The notes: generated by a model from the letters alone, not told the origin. A stretch of 64,000 nt of DNA from Octopus sinensis (GCF_006345805.1 NC_042999.1:130510001-130574000), one strand, 5' to 3'; numbered from the stretch's first letter, positions 11,389 through 25,651 are shown. Made by a program: numbers and translations.

Positions 11389-14336
11389 CTGTCAAAAATA
11401 TGAATAAACAGCATAGTATTTTTTTTTTCCTGAGAATTGCCAACATTTTTATTTGGGTTAAGTTTGTAGCTACATACAAAAGGTCAGAAGAGAAAAAATA
11501 CACAGCTTAGAATAGAAGCATCCAGTAGCAGCAAATAGGAGAAAGTAAGATCAGATTAGAGATTATGGGGAAGAAACTTCATCAAGAGATTATTAATCTC
11601 AATACAAAATGTAGCTCTAGAGAAGTTTTTCATATAAAGGTCAGGATTCTATAGAAACATAGAAAGATAGTTCTTGTGTATTGTTACTTTGTCAGAATAG
11701 GGCAGTTGCCGTCAAACTTCCAAAAAAAAAAACATCAAAGTCATCCACCTCAAACTTTTCATGAAACCCATTTACGTTTTCTAACTATTAACCAGACAAC
11801 CTATATTTGGAGAGGAATAGGCAATTTGTTGACATCTAATTTAAAATGCTGCATAAGTTAAATAAACCAAGTTAAAGAAATTTAATACTTCAGAGAGGTG
11901 GTTCAATTACCTGAAAATCAGATCAATGACAATCTAAACAGGATGCTTTTGTTTTAAAACTTTAGGGTCAAGGAAATCTTTAAATGGGCACTTAGCCTAT
12001 TAGAAATAGCAACCAAATCACCTTCAAATCATACCTTACCAACCCAAAAAATAAAAAAAGGAAGACATATTGGACAACAGATTAGTTTCTGATTCATATG
12101 CCTGAGAATAAACATCCTGAAGACAAAATAGGATGATCATAGCAGGAATGCCTTTAATTAGAATTTTGTTCAGTGCTGGTAAGATGCTAAACAATAGCAA
12201 CTCTAAATAATTTTTAATTAAAAAAAAAAAAGAAATTTTAAAATTCAATAAAAATTTTACTCTAAATACATTAAAATTTTATGAAAAAATAAAAGTTAAA
12301 CTCATTTCATGTTTGGCTCCAAGTAATATGGTGGATGCACATTACAATCACCAAGTTTTTTTTTTTTTTTGTCTTTGGCCTGTAAATGTTATTTCCTATT
12401 TTCTTCTATCTAGAAACCATATGAAATTACTACTATTCCCTTCAAACTTCGCTTTTGTGACCTGGACATCAATGATTTGAAACTGACCTATTTTCCATTA
12501 CATTTCAGACAGATTCAGCAGTGAGTTGCTGAAGCAGAAATATCGTTATAGCAAATATTCTGCTCAATACCACAGATTTGCTTGCCAGTTGTATGACCTT
12601 AACCACTTGAGTATGTTCCTTAGTGGCTGACAATATGTGCATCTCTGATCATGAGTAGGAGTAGTGGAGAAGTATCATAGTGATATGTTGAGGCGGATTC
12701 TTTGGGGTTTAAATAGATGTAACAAAAGCAAAGTTAGAAGGAAGTATTAGTCATTTTTCATACTTTCTAGGGGTAAGCAAACAGGAAATAACAGTTGTCA
12801 CCCAAGGACAAAAATCATGTTACACAGTGTTATGTATATATAACATTAGACAGTGGATCTCTATTTTAGTCTGAGAAGCCAAATTTCAGCTAAATCTAGG
12901 GATATTTAAAAATTCCAAGAGAATAACTGAGAATTATTTGGTATCATCATCATCATCAAATAATATTTAGTATATCATCATCATCAATAAATGTAGCATA
13001 GTAATGGTAGTCAGATAAGGAGAATGATAATGATATTAACAAATAAAAACATACAATCAGTCTTGTTCTAATTTCAGTTTACAAATTCTTAAAACTGGTA
13101 ACAGAAGTCAAACAAATGCATTTCAAATGTTATCAGTGACATTAGATTTTTACCATAAGTAGTAACATGTTTCCATTTTGATAAGGTTTATGATTAGGAT
13201 TGCGGGATTGCCTTAGACAAGTTCCAAGATAACCTAAGTAATATAATCATAAGTTAGTCATATAAATAATAATAGGTTTTTGTTCCTGTTTTTAGTAACT
13301 GTGAGTCATATAAATGAACCTGTAAATCTAAGGAGAAAAATGTAAATATAGAAGCATAAACTATGAAGTGGTAGGGTATTTATATCCTTAACCCCGATCA
13401 ATTAAGACCTTACAGTCTATTTTGAGTCCATGAATAAGCAATTGATTGACAGTCATAAATTATTTCAACTGACCCTTGCTACAGTCTGTTCCCACAATAC
13501 CTGCTTGTTTAATCTGTCGTCGTTTGTTTAATTGTATTACTAAAACACTAATTGTCAACTCTATACATAACTTAGAAGTTTTTTCTTTTTTTCACAATCT
13601 TTAGTTTTATTTCTCTAAAATATCAGGTTTTACTTTGATTTAAAAGATTTTGCTTTCTGAAAAGAGATCTGTTTCATTATTCTAATTTTATAAGATGGTC
13701 TTTGAGAATTTAATTTATTTTCGCAAATTGATTACGAAGATGATAATGGAATACACTACAAAAAGTCATAGAGAAGGAAATACTAAGAAACTTAATATGG
13801 CAAACACAATGATTAATTGAATCAATACATGTATTGACAAGGTAACATTGTTGAACAATGCCTAACAAAATCAAGGATGACAGTTCAAAGTATAAAAAAA
13901 AATATTTTAATTGAAATTGGTCGATGCACTTCTAATTGTAATTGGAAATAGGTAATGGAGTGAGAAGGACAGATTCACCTTTAATAGACACAGTGACAAC
14001 TCCAGACATGTTTTGGTCTTGGTATGCAAGTGTAATAAAATGTTAATTATAATAAAATTTATGCTATGCTTGCTCACCATCATTGAATTAATGTCAGTCA
14101 TTTAATGATAATGATGCAACTCCTGACGTGATGAAAGTAAAAACATATGATGGAGAAGAAACTGCCCTACTTTTGATGTAGTTCACAGCAAATGAGAATC
14201 TTTGATCTAAAAACAAAACCCTAACAATCAATATTTTCATTTATTTATGTTTTATTTAGTTTATGTTCAATATTCTATTCAAAGCTGGATTGGAAAATAA
14301 CAACTTCATACTTATGTTATTACAGAGAATACATAC

Positions 14337-14545
14337 CTGATTGCTGATGTGACTCTTGTTACACATATTTCTACAACACTCTGGTCATTACTGCTGGTTA
14401 CATAATCAAAACTGTCAACAATCTGACAAATGCGTTCAAGTACTTCAGTTAAATCATGCTGAATGTCTTTGTCCTCAAGAGAGAAAAGCTCTCCAGCCTT
14501 TGATAAATCTTTATCATTGAGCACCAGAGCAAAGAGTTCCTGCAT
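14337..14545 (-). CDS. VEPH1: VEPH1/melted-like, first coding exon (MQELFALVLNDKDLSKAGELFSL...VEICVTRVTSAIR)
   Basis: Strong match to the VEPH1 N-terminus ([23 protein letters not shown]...VVEICITRITTAIR). Acceptor cag at 14549-14547, one base before the ATG, so 5'UTR exon(s) lie upstream; gtatgt donor from 14336. Confidence 0.95.
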
Positions 14546-14563
14546 TCTGAAAAATACAGCAAG

Positions 14564-14564
<1 letters not shown>

Positions 14565-14629
<65 letters not shown>

Positions 14630-14637
14630 TGTGTATG

Positions 14638-14676
<39 letters not shown>

Positions 14677-14928
14677 CATCATCATCATCATCATTTAACG
14701 TCCGCTTTCCATGCTAGCATGGGTTGGACGGTTCAACTGGGGTCTGGGGAGCCCGAAAGCTGCACCAGTCCAGTCAGATCTGGCAGTGTTTCTACAGCTG
14801 GATGCCCTTCCTAACGCCAACCACTCCGAGAGTGTAGTGGGTGATTTTATGTGCCACCGACACAGGTGCCAGACGAGGCTGGCACACGGCCACGCTCGGA
14901 TGGTGTTTTTTATGTGCCACCGACACAG

Positions 14929-14980
<52 letters not shown>

Positions 14981-15056
14981 ATATATGTATATATGTGTGT
15001 GTGTGTGTATGTATATATATATTATATATATATATATATTATATATATATATATAA
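14565..15056. repeat. Compound (TA)n/(TG)n microsatellite split by the RTE tail insertion
   Basis: Direct reading. Confidence 0.95.
14677..14928 (-). mobile_element. RTE-LINE 3' UTR-only insertion with (GAT)n tail, inside a (TA)n/(TG)n microsatellite
   Basis: Reverse complement of the 3' end of the RTE copy at 52530-52699 (CAACCCATGCTAGCATGGAAAGCGGACGTTAAATGATGATG). Confidence 0.85.
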
Positions 15057-16489
15057 GGTTAATCCAAATGGGAAAACAGAAAAAACAACAACACGTGGAA
15101 CAATTACAGTATTATTATTATTAGGCGCTCAGGAAAATGGAAGAAGGAGGGTATGACGTTTCGAGCGGAGCTCTTCGTCGGAAACATAGGAGAAAGAAAG
15201 ATCCCGAGACGGGAGGACAGAGGAAAAAAATTGCAGGTAGTCTTCACGAGATGTAGTCATTCAAAGAAAATAAATGCTCCACAACCGACTGGATTTTTGG
15301 AGAAATTAAATGATGCAGTAGATGGTGTACTAAACTACCACTTCAAAGGTTTTCATTTCAAATCTCCTGCACTATTTTACTGAATTTTTTAGACAGTATA
15401 CTTAATTTAATTAGCTCATTACATGACAAGAATTAGTTCTAGATCATCTATAAATGTTTCCCAAGATATATTCGTTGTTTATGACAGTAGAGATAAGCAT
15501 CATGAAAGCAAAGGTTAAGTGCCAAATGTCTCTGAGTATAAAAATCATTTGCCATTTTAATTTTATGTTGAGGCACCACTGAAAAAAATGCATTGGGCAA
15601 TGAATGTCAATCAGGAAGTCAGTCTGTCAGAGAACACTGCTTTCAAAGCTAGCATTCATAATAATAATAGTGATCAGACTTCTTATAGCAGCCAGTTATA
15701 TTTATAAGATTTATAGCAGTCAGTTATATTTTACAAGACTTACTAACAACAAAGTGGACTGTACATATGACAACTGTGTGAAATTTAAGGACAGAGCATA
15801 GTGCCAGTGATAAAATATAAACTGACAGCCTTTTTAGCCAATGGACTGATATTCCATTGATTTGTTCAACTTCAACCACCCTGCACCATTTCAAGAAAAA
15901 GATTAGTGAAGAATGAAAGAATAGATAACTTTGGGTTTGTTTAAACATCTGTAATACTTAACTGGTTCTGTCAATCACATAGAGACCTTTCAGTTTTTCT
16001 ATTTATTTTATTTTATCTAGTTTCAGCTCATGAGCCGTGGCCATGCTAAGGCACTGCCATTATTTATTTATTTATTTTTGAAAACCAAGTCAAAGAACCA
16101 TTCTCCCTAAAAGAACTTTTATATCTTTTCCTATTATTTCATAATTTCTTCACAAATGAAAAGCAAAGTTGACTAGATATTTTTTTATGGTTTATTCAAG
16201 ACTTGTGACATTTGCCTACCCTCTGAGACAAGTAATATAAATGTGGTTTGTGTTTAACCTACAAAAACCCAACATCTTCTGGAAAATCATTGGGTGGGGA
16301 TATTTTGAAATAATGGCATTCTAAGGATAAAGGATTGGTGAGAGTAGTTGTGTAAGACTAGTGTAGAAAGATGTAGTATGAATGACTAGAAGCAGAGAAA
16401 TGAATGTGTCAGGTAGATATTGTAAGCAACTAGTTGGTTCCAAGAAGCAGAAGCTATTGTAATATTAGCAAAATAGTCAGGGTGAGAAG

Positions 16490-17950
16490 ACAATGTATGG
16501 GATTTAGATGGATTCCATAAGCAGATAGTTGCTCTGTTGCTCTTACATTAAACATGGTCAAAGGTTTTATGGTCACATCTAGTACAGCAGTTTTGATTTC
16601 ATCAAATTTCTTAAAGGTGTGGGACCACTGATGAGGGACATGCAAGAGTATGCCCCTGATATATCTGGCTTTGCATGGTTTGTAGTGATTGTTACTGAAG
16701 AAGGAGAGAAAGAGATTCAAGATTCTGGGAAGATGATTCTTAAAGACTAGCTATTTATAATCCTTGAAATGTTTATCATATTTGAGATGTTGGAATTGAG
16801 AGTGATAGGTTGGTAGTTAGCATGGGTAGAGTGGTTAGCCTTCTAGGGAACAGATCTTTGTAGAGGAAGAAAGGTTTAAGAATTTTGTAAGAACTTTGAA
16901 AACAGAATTATGAAGCAACACAATAAATAATACAAAGAATCTAGCAATAATCTCCACTAGCAGTAATGTGTCAATAACAGCAATTTTTTTAACAGTTCTT
17001 ATTACTACTCCTCAAAAGTAAGGGATCAATAGAATGATTTATATCTAGGTACTTCATTATTAAAGCTATTGACTTGCTCCATGCCAAAGATTAAAATCTG
17101 AGAGGTGAGAGAGGCATCCTGCTTCATCATCATATGTAAATAGTATAAACTTAGACTTTCAGTTGAAACTCATATCAGCAAAAAAAGTGCAATAGTTATT
17201 TTGCTCCCTTTTGTCATTTATCACTGGTTTCCAACTGTCTTCTCTTATTTCTATTCAGAAACTTCCACAACAGCCATGTATACAAACAGGCCACTCTACA
17301 ATGAATATTACCAACAGTAGTGAATCCAAGGTTTGGCTATATCCCCCCACAATCTTCCTTCTGTACATTAATGACCTATTTTCAGTCACTTAACAACATT
17401 CATACGTAGATAGTACAGCTCGTCACTACTTAACTTTCTGCATACAGGCATCATCTAAACGTAACTAAAACACTTCATGCCAGATCTATATTATCTCCAT
17501 GAACAGAGACCTTGAGTAGCATTCTTCAAACACTCTAGTATCTTTTGATAGCAAAAACATAATCACTTCATACATGAAGAAAACTCTCTTTGCACATAAA
17601 CAATATACAACTAAAACTCACACGTTGCCCAGAGTGCTAGACTTTACAATTATTAGACATCTATAACATTACCAAAATTGCAGCAACAAACACTAGTATT
17701 CCTCTTTAGAATCAGAAAAATTTCATGCGCCCAGTTTGGGGTGCTCTACAAAGTTTGCATTGGAATACTGGTCCTATATCTGGGATAGTACAACATTCTT
17801 AAACTACTAACTCACAGACAGGCTGTTTTCCATGTTCTGCCAAACTCAATGGTCTCTACTCTTCTGAACTTAATTAACTGCATACCTCATACACAGTTCC
17901 ACCAAGCACATCCATTACTCTTCCTTACATCACCCTTGCTGAATCTTAGC
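16490..17950. mobile_element. Decayed CR1/L2/Jockey-type LINE RT; left part on minus, right part on plus
   Basis: Minus ~16490-16870: NYQPITL...NNHYKPCKAR...TAVLD...LSAYGI (early RT domains). Plus ~17200-17950: YPPTIFLLYINDL (QGS...LFLLYINDL region) and downstream RT. Many stops. Confidence 0.6.
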
Positions 17951-18011
17951 ATCCAAGACCTGCACTTTCTAAAATCTACAATCCCTCCCTGCTCACATTT
18001 TCCCAGTAGAT

Positions 18012-18231
18012 CCCTTTAGCATTTAAATCACCCATATCTGGACCAAATATCCTTTCTGTTTTATGTTCAAACTGGTCAAATCCAGCCTTTCATATCTACA
18101 CTACAATGTCATTCTAAAAATAAACAATTACACCGCTGAAATCTCAAAGTTACAAGACAGTGCATGAGTAATTCAAAATAATGTGGACATATAAACATTA
18201 GATTTGACAGAGTAATCTGAATGCCAAAGGG
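18012..18231. mobile_element. piggyBac-like MITE, opposite orientation
   Basis: CCCTTTAGCATTTAAA...GAATGCCAAAGGG|TTAA; left TTAA decayed. Confidence 0.65.
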
Positions 18232-18399
18232 TTAACCTACAGGTGTTCAAAAAGACCATCATATTTCACCAGTCTTAGCTTGCAAAAGTTATGGGTACTG
18301 CTTCTCCTCCACAGTTTAAAAAGGAATGCCACATATATACATTACATTAACCTATATCACATATCTGAAACATATCTCACATATCTTTTCTTCTTTTCT

Positions 18400-18605
18400 A
18401 CTCTAGACACAAGACCCAAAATTTTGGGGGAGGGGGCCAGTTGATTAGATCAACCCCAGTACACAACTAGTACTTAATTTATCAACCCCCGGAAGGATGA
18501 AAGGCAAAGTTGACCTCAGCAGAATTTGAACTCAGAACATAAAGACAGACGAAATACTGCTAAGCATTTCGCCCAGCATGCTAACATTTCTGCCAGCTGG
18601 CCACC
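18400..18605 (-). mobile_element. SINE (second family; related copies ~6390-6560 -, ~18935-19140 +, ~22245-22460 +, ~57095-57195 +)
   Basis: Shared core GAGGTTGACTTTGCCTTTCATCCTTTC...TAAGTACCAG...CTGGGGTC. Confidence 0.6.
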
Positions 18606-19454
18606 CTGAAAACACAATGATTGTTTTCCAACACAATTGGATAGCAAGAGAAAAATGAGCCTTAACAACAACACAGCATTTAGACTGAATGCTAATCAGA
18701 CCATGAATTTATAATTCACATTTCTTTAACATTAGTAAGTTTAAACTAATATTTCCAACAAACATATAGATTCTACAAGTAAACCTGAAATAATAATAAG
18801 TTAAAATATTAACTGATGTATACTATACAAATAGGTACTTTGCCTCTAAGTTGAGATTATATCAAATATATTGCAAACATAACCAAGTTAACAGATAATA
18901 ATCTGTTCTTGTATTATATTTATAACTAAAAGAAACGGTGAGCTGGTAGAATTACTGAACAAAATGCTTAACAGTATTTCTTCCAGCCTCACATTCTGAG
19001 ATCAAATGTCACTGAGGTTGACTTTGTCTTTCATCCCTTTGGAGGTTGATAAAATAAGTACCAATTGAACACTGGGGTCAATGTAATTGACTAGCACCTC
19101 CCCACAAAATTTCTGGCCCCGTACCTTTGGTAGAAAGAATTACATCCTTAACTGAAAGGTCAGTTGACTGATTGAATCAGTAGAACACTGAACAAAATGT
19201 ATTGCAGTATTTAGTTGCATTGTTTCTCAGAACAATTCCTGAGATAGACTTTAACCTTTCATCTTCCAAGGGGTTGATAAAATAAAGAATCAAAGTATTG
19301 GGTGTATTGGAATTAACAATTCCTTCCTCTACAATTTGTGCCTATGTTAGAAATCAATAAACCACATATTTAGAAAAGAAAGCCATGAATATCATAACTC
19401 TCCAAAATTATTCCTCACCTAAAATATAAGATATTTGTATCTTTTATTCTTTTT

Positions 19455-19852
19455 TTCTTTTATTTGTTTCAGTCATTTGACTGCAACCATGCTGGAGCAC
19501 TGCCTTTAGTCAAGCAAATCGACCCCAAGATTTATTCTTTGTAAGGCTAGTACTTATTCTATTGCCAAACCGCTAAGTGACGGGGACGTAAACACACCAC
19601 CATCAGTTGTCAAGCGATGTTGGGGGGACAAACACAGACACAAAAACATATACATACATACATACATATATATATATATGTATATACATATATACAACGG
19701 GCTTCTTTCAGTTTCCATCTACCAAATCCACTCACAAGGCTTTGGTCGGCCCAAGGCTATAGTAGAAGACACTTGCCCAAGGTGCCACACAGTGGGACTG
19801 AACCCGGAACCATGTGGTTGGTAAGCAAGCTACTTACCACATAGCCACTCCT
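19455..19852 (-). mobile_element. Full-length tRNA-derived SINE with internal (TA)/(CA) microsatellite
   Basis: Head AGGAGTGGCTATGTGGTAAGTAGCTTGCTT...GGTTCCGGGTTCAGTCCCA; tail ATGACTGAAACAAATAAA. Confidence 0.8.
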
Positions 19853-20521
19853 AGTAAAAAAAAAAACTACATATTTTTTCATCTATTTCTATATAGTTTG
19901 AATGGGTTGTATAAGTATAAAAAAATCAAAGATATATAGAAATTATTGAAATAGGTTTTTATACCAGACAACTCCTAAAGCTTAATTGAAGGAAACAGAA
20001 AAAGAAAAGTTTCTAATAACTTTTTGATCTATAATCCAGACTTGATTTTCTCTTGTCTTGATTATTTTTCTGTTTGAATGAAATAGGATTAATTTTCAAG
20101 GAGGGTTAACTTCTATATTAAGGAGGTCAAGTAACTACATATTTATAAGCTTACACACTAGTAAAAATATGCGTTTCAACAAAGTGTGTCTATATGTTTC
20201 AATAAAATACTTAATCAAGATCTAAATTATTAAATTAAGTCGCTTATTGATATAATAGGTTGGTATTTGTAACATAACACTACCTTCTTACATTAAGATC
20301 AAATAGGACTTTGCCCAAAAACCAGATCAATTACAGTATATCACAAACATTGCAATTTTAAAAATAGTATCTTAACAATGGATAGACTGATTGAATTTGA
20401 CCATGTACAATATTCAGTGGTTAGATAGAGAAAGGGCTCAAAAAAATAAGGACAAAAATATCTATTACAACATTCCTTACATACATTCTACAGAGCAAGC
20501 CCTTTCTTAGGTGGGTTTTAA

Positions 20522-20742
20522 CCCTTTAGTGTTCGCATTATTCTGCCAAAATTAATCCCATTTTATCCACATTGCCTTGAACTAATCAGGCATTATCTTG
20601 TAGCTATGAGATTTTGATGAGGTAGCTGTTAATTTTTAAAATGATATTGTAGGGTTGGTGTGAGAGACCAGATCTGGCCAGTTTGAACATAAAACAGGCA
20701 GAATACTTTTGGCCGGATATGGCCGGTTTAAATGCTAAAGGG
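20522..20742. mobile_element. piggyBac-like MITE
   Basis: TTAA|CCCTTTAGTGTT...AAATGCTAAAGGG|TTAA, intact TTAA on both sides. Confidence 0.78.
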
Positions 20743-23700
20743 TTAAGCACAATATGGTTCAGTAAGAAAGATAGAAACTTGCTTCATGACCAAGAGTGTG
20801 TGTGTATGTACTAAATTATGGACGTACTGCGTTGATACAAATACTTCAGTAACAAATGAAAACTGTCCAGCAGCAGTGATGAGAATGCTAGATATGTAAT
20901 TCTGCCTTTTTGAATTTCATCAGTAGCATGTACCCCACGAAATTAATTCGGTTTTTCATGATGTATTTGTATTAAATATGATACATATATGGCTATTTTA
21001 ATCTAATACTGCTTCTAATGCACGTAACAGATTTTTAATCAGCCCACAGGCTCATTGCAACATCAGTAATTTTGCAACCACCATTTTCCTAATCAATTCT
21101 GAATGAATACCACAGTTAATTTGGCTTTCTGTGATGTGTCTGCACTAAGTATGATACATATATGGGCTATCTATCTATCTATCTATCTAGATACACACAC
21201 ACACATTTAAAAGTAAATATTCAATAGAGAAAATATGTAAAGAATGAACCTGCTACATTGTGTTTAATGTTTATTCTTTAGTAGTTTCTTTTGATGTCCT
21301 TTAAAAAAAAAACACAAATGAAAGTATGCTAAAGAAAAAAAAATCAACGATATGTAGGGCAAGTATAACTTGACCCATTACAGAAAATTACCAAGAATAA
21401 AAATCAAGAAAAAAATAGGACAGGTAAATACCTGTCAGAGACATACAGTAATGGAAGTGTGACAACAACTTTATCAGCTGTAAGAAAAACAGCCTACTCA
21501 AATCAACTGGAAACTGTCAAATTTGTTTTTAACATTCTTGCTCTTGGCTTCTTTAAGGAATTCCTGAACATGAATATGAAGGGGTGAATGAAAGAGAGAG
21601 TAATAAGACTGAACAAAAGAAGAAAAGAAACATGATGAGAAACAGGTGAAAGAGGAAAAAAAGTGAAATAAAGACAGAGAATGGGAGAGAAAGGAAACCA
21701 GAAAATGACAGACTGAGGGGAGGGGAAGGCAGAGAGAGAGAGAGAGAACAAATGACAATTTCTTACATTATTGGCACAAGACCTTAAATAAGTAAAGGAG
21801 GCAAATAGTAGAATTAATTAACCTCAATACATGAATAGTGTTAATTCTACTAAAACAAATTCAACCCTTATGGGAATTGAACTCAAAAATCTAGATGAAA
21901 AGAATTAATGCTATACTGTGCTACAGAGTATAACTATACTGTTTATTCAACACTGTTGTAATAGAGAAATGCAGACATGTTTTCATATGAAGAAAAATAA
22001 GGATCAGCTGAACTAGCCCCATTCATGTATTGAGATGTCATCAGCAGCTGAGTACCCATCCTAACTATCCACAGTGACACCATTTATAAACCCACTATTA
22101 TTTGGAGCAGAAGTAAATTGGATACACCATTTTGCATCCGTTAACTATATTTTGATTAGTATATTTCCAGTTTTAAAGGAATATAAACTTGGCACCCAAT
22201 GATGATCAATACTCTTATCTAAATATGTCTTGAAACAAAATTTTACCAGCCCCTGGTAGAATTGTTAGCACATCAGAAAAAATACTCAGCAGCGTTTCTT
22301 CCAGCTCTTTATGTTCTGAATTCAAATTCTGCAGAAGTCAACTGCGTTTTTCAACTTTTCAGGATAAAAAAAATAAGAAAAAGCTGAGCACTGATGGTCA
22401 ATACAATTGACTAATCCTTTTTCCCTAAAATTGCCAGCCTTGTTCCAAAACTTAAAACCATATTATTCAAACTATCTAACTGGCTTTTCCTCCTCTCTCT
22501 CCTCTTAATTGTATTCTATTTTTCATTCAAACTTTTCCAACCAAGACTAGTTTATATATATATACAAGTCGTATACAATATTATTTTAGGAAGAAATTCA
22601 AAGTCTTACAGCTTTTTCTGGGATATCCCCAAGTATGGGATATTCCATCATATATTTATATTCCCTCTCTTGAAGAAGGGCAAGTGCCCAAATTAGATAC
22701 TTTCATTCCTCATGCCAAATCAACACAGTGAATTCTTCTCCAAACTCGTCTTTTAATGAAATGGAATTAAAAAGCATCTTTTTTAAACCTCAAGTTCTGT
22801 TACATTTTACAGCTTAGTCTCTATTTAATTCTTGATGAATTTCAAATAAGAGGCTCAGGCAGAGCAGGTGAGGTTCCAGGCTCAGTCCTACTTTGGGCAA
22901 GTGTCTTCTACTATAACATTAGGCAGACCAAGTCCTTGTGAGTGAATTTGGTAGACAGAAACTAAAAGAAGCCTGACATGTATGTGTATGTGTGCATGTG
23001 TTTGTTGTTTACATTTGCACTTTATGAAAGTCATTACAAGCAGTGTTCTTATTGTCTGTCATTCCTGTCATCAAATCATCTACTCACTTCATTGAAGATG
23101 TGTGAAATAAGAGATCCCTTACTTAGTAAAAGTTATGGATGAGTGACAAGAAGGCATCTGGCTATAAAATAATGTCTTGATAATATATTCATGTAACCCA
23201 CGCTAGAATGAAAAAAATGGATATAAAATGAACAAATCCATAACTGACATATATATATATATAAATATACCATTACATTTCATTAATATGATTTGAACCA
23301 ACTAGCCATCAGTATTAGAATATCAAGATATTATTTGTTTGAATAAACAAAGGAAAACAAACAACAATGCCAAATTCTATTAGCCTTTAACTGATGCTTC
23401 TTGTGATCTAAATATATATATATATATAGGGTCGTCCCATAAATAATATTTTTTTTTCACCTGCATGAACTAAAAGTTGGAGGGGGACAGGATAAACTAC
23501 CTGCATCAACTTGCTATACCATTTTGACTTTTTTTTATGCTTTTAATTTTTAGAACCTGCTTTAATGCTGAAACTTTTACTGCAACTCTTTGACAGATTC
23601 TGCTATGAGAGTTAAGTTTCTAGCAAATAAAAAATTCCAAGCACATCTTATCCCAGATTCTTGAATTATAGCTTCAAGGTTTATACTGAATTAAAAAAGA

Positions 23701-25651
23701 AGGTGTGTATGAGTACATGTCCCTGATAGACACCATCTTGTATGCTAAATACCTTGCTGTCAACTTTAATCTTGCTAACACAGTACCTCCATACACAGCT
23801 TGAGTGATTTGCTCTTAGCAAAAATCTCTTGAAGCCTTCAACATCATAGAAACTATCCCTAATGGATTCGTTTCTTTTCTCATCTTCATTTCTTCAGGAG
23901 CAATAATAACCATATTGAAACTAATCACGAAAGTTTGATCCACTTTTAGTAGTCCCTTATTAAACCATTCATATACTAATGCAGTGTTTATCAAGAAGGG
24001 TAAGGGTGTTGTGAAGATTAAAAAGTGGGTAGACAAATTGCCATTTGATTTGATTTAATCTAGTTTCAGCTGTCACCATGCTGGGGCACCTAAAATAAAA
24101 ATGGTTGCCAACTTTTTAAGCTAGTCAAACTCCTAGGTGAAAAACAAAATTATATGAATGCAAAATCTATTTTGTCATCTCATTAACAGAGGGGAGGAAG
24201 AGTGTCAAAAAATGTTATGGATTGATATATAGTGCATATTACTCACTCAACTAAGAATATGCACTATAAGCCTGATCAATGAATAACATTTAATCAAATG
24301 TTTAAAACACAAATTTAATACTTATAAATATCTAATTTGATTTTTTTTCTTTTCAGAAAATGAAAAACAAACAATAGAAGATAAAAAATCTACTTTACAT
24401 AGTTTCTAATATAAATTAGTATGATTTTTTTTCTTTAATGTTTCCCATCTTGACTGTCAAGTTGCTGTTCAGTTCCAATCTTCAGAAAACAACTTTTAAC
24501 TCAACTGGGTTATTTCATGAGAAATATCAAAACACAAGTCTTTAGCTATGAATGCAAGTTCAAACATATCTCAAACCATTTCAAATTGTTGATCTCATAA
24601 CAAATATAAACTTATAATACACATTGTGCATTTCAAAAATTCTTACTGAAAAATAGTAGAATTTAGTGAAACCAAAAGGCTATTGACTTTCTTTCATCCA
24701 CACTTCCATTATAATTCATGAAACAATGAACAACTCTCTAAACATGTTGACAAACATCAATAAATTCACTCAAAAGATTTTTTTTTTAGTCAAAGTTATT
24801 TTTGAGAAAACTTCAAATTTTGTTTTTCTTTTATATGGTGGTGGACAAGTTCATTTTAAAATAAGTAACTTTTTCAATATAAGTTGACAACTGCTAGTAC
24901 GCTTCAAAAACTTGAGTCATCAACACATTTGTTTTTTTCTCATCTAACTAACTTCTTTCAATTGCTTTCTCAGAAATTGCTTCATGTCTTATTTTAGTAC
25001 CAATGAATAAGTTATGGGACAGCAAATTATTGAAGTAAAATATGGCATGCAGCCAATAGCTATTAGAAAATTGTTGTCCACTTCAGATTTAAAAAACAAA
25101 TTTACAGTAGAAAAAAAAAGTCACTTTAACTCAGAACACAATTTTCTGAACATAAAATAATTTTCCTTTATTGTTTGTAACTGACCAACATCATTTTTCC
25201 ATTGGATGACAGGCCAATTATTGAATAGTATGTGTTATTAACATCATTAGCATAAGGAACAGCATTTTAATTGGGGGACTTTAGGATGAATATCCCCAGC
25301 ACCACCACCTTCCTTAATTTTAAGAAATATTTAAAGGTTACTTTATACAGAAAACCTTTCTACTTCAAATGTTAATTCTGAAACTTTTTTTAACATAACT
25401 CACCAGCTAATACAATGCTAACACAATGGGATAATAAATTACAATATATTCCATTAAATTTATCATTAGGTAAATATTTTGCTTCCATACTCACATAAAT
25501 TGAACTGGACAACTCATTTGCTGTACAGTTCTCAGCTGGAGTCCAATGACCCTTGGGGGTCAACATAAGCTGTTGTTAAAAATTTTATGTACAATAAAAT
25601 AGTTATACTTCTATAATACACAAACTATTTAAACAATTCCTAATAATATTT

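Noticed and set aside
16625-16660. CTGATGAG as a hammerhead core
   Set aside because: No stem II/GAAA downstream; lies within a LINE RT relic
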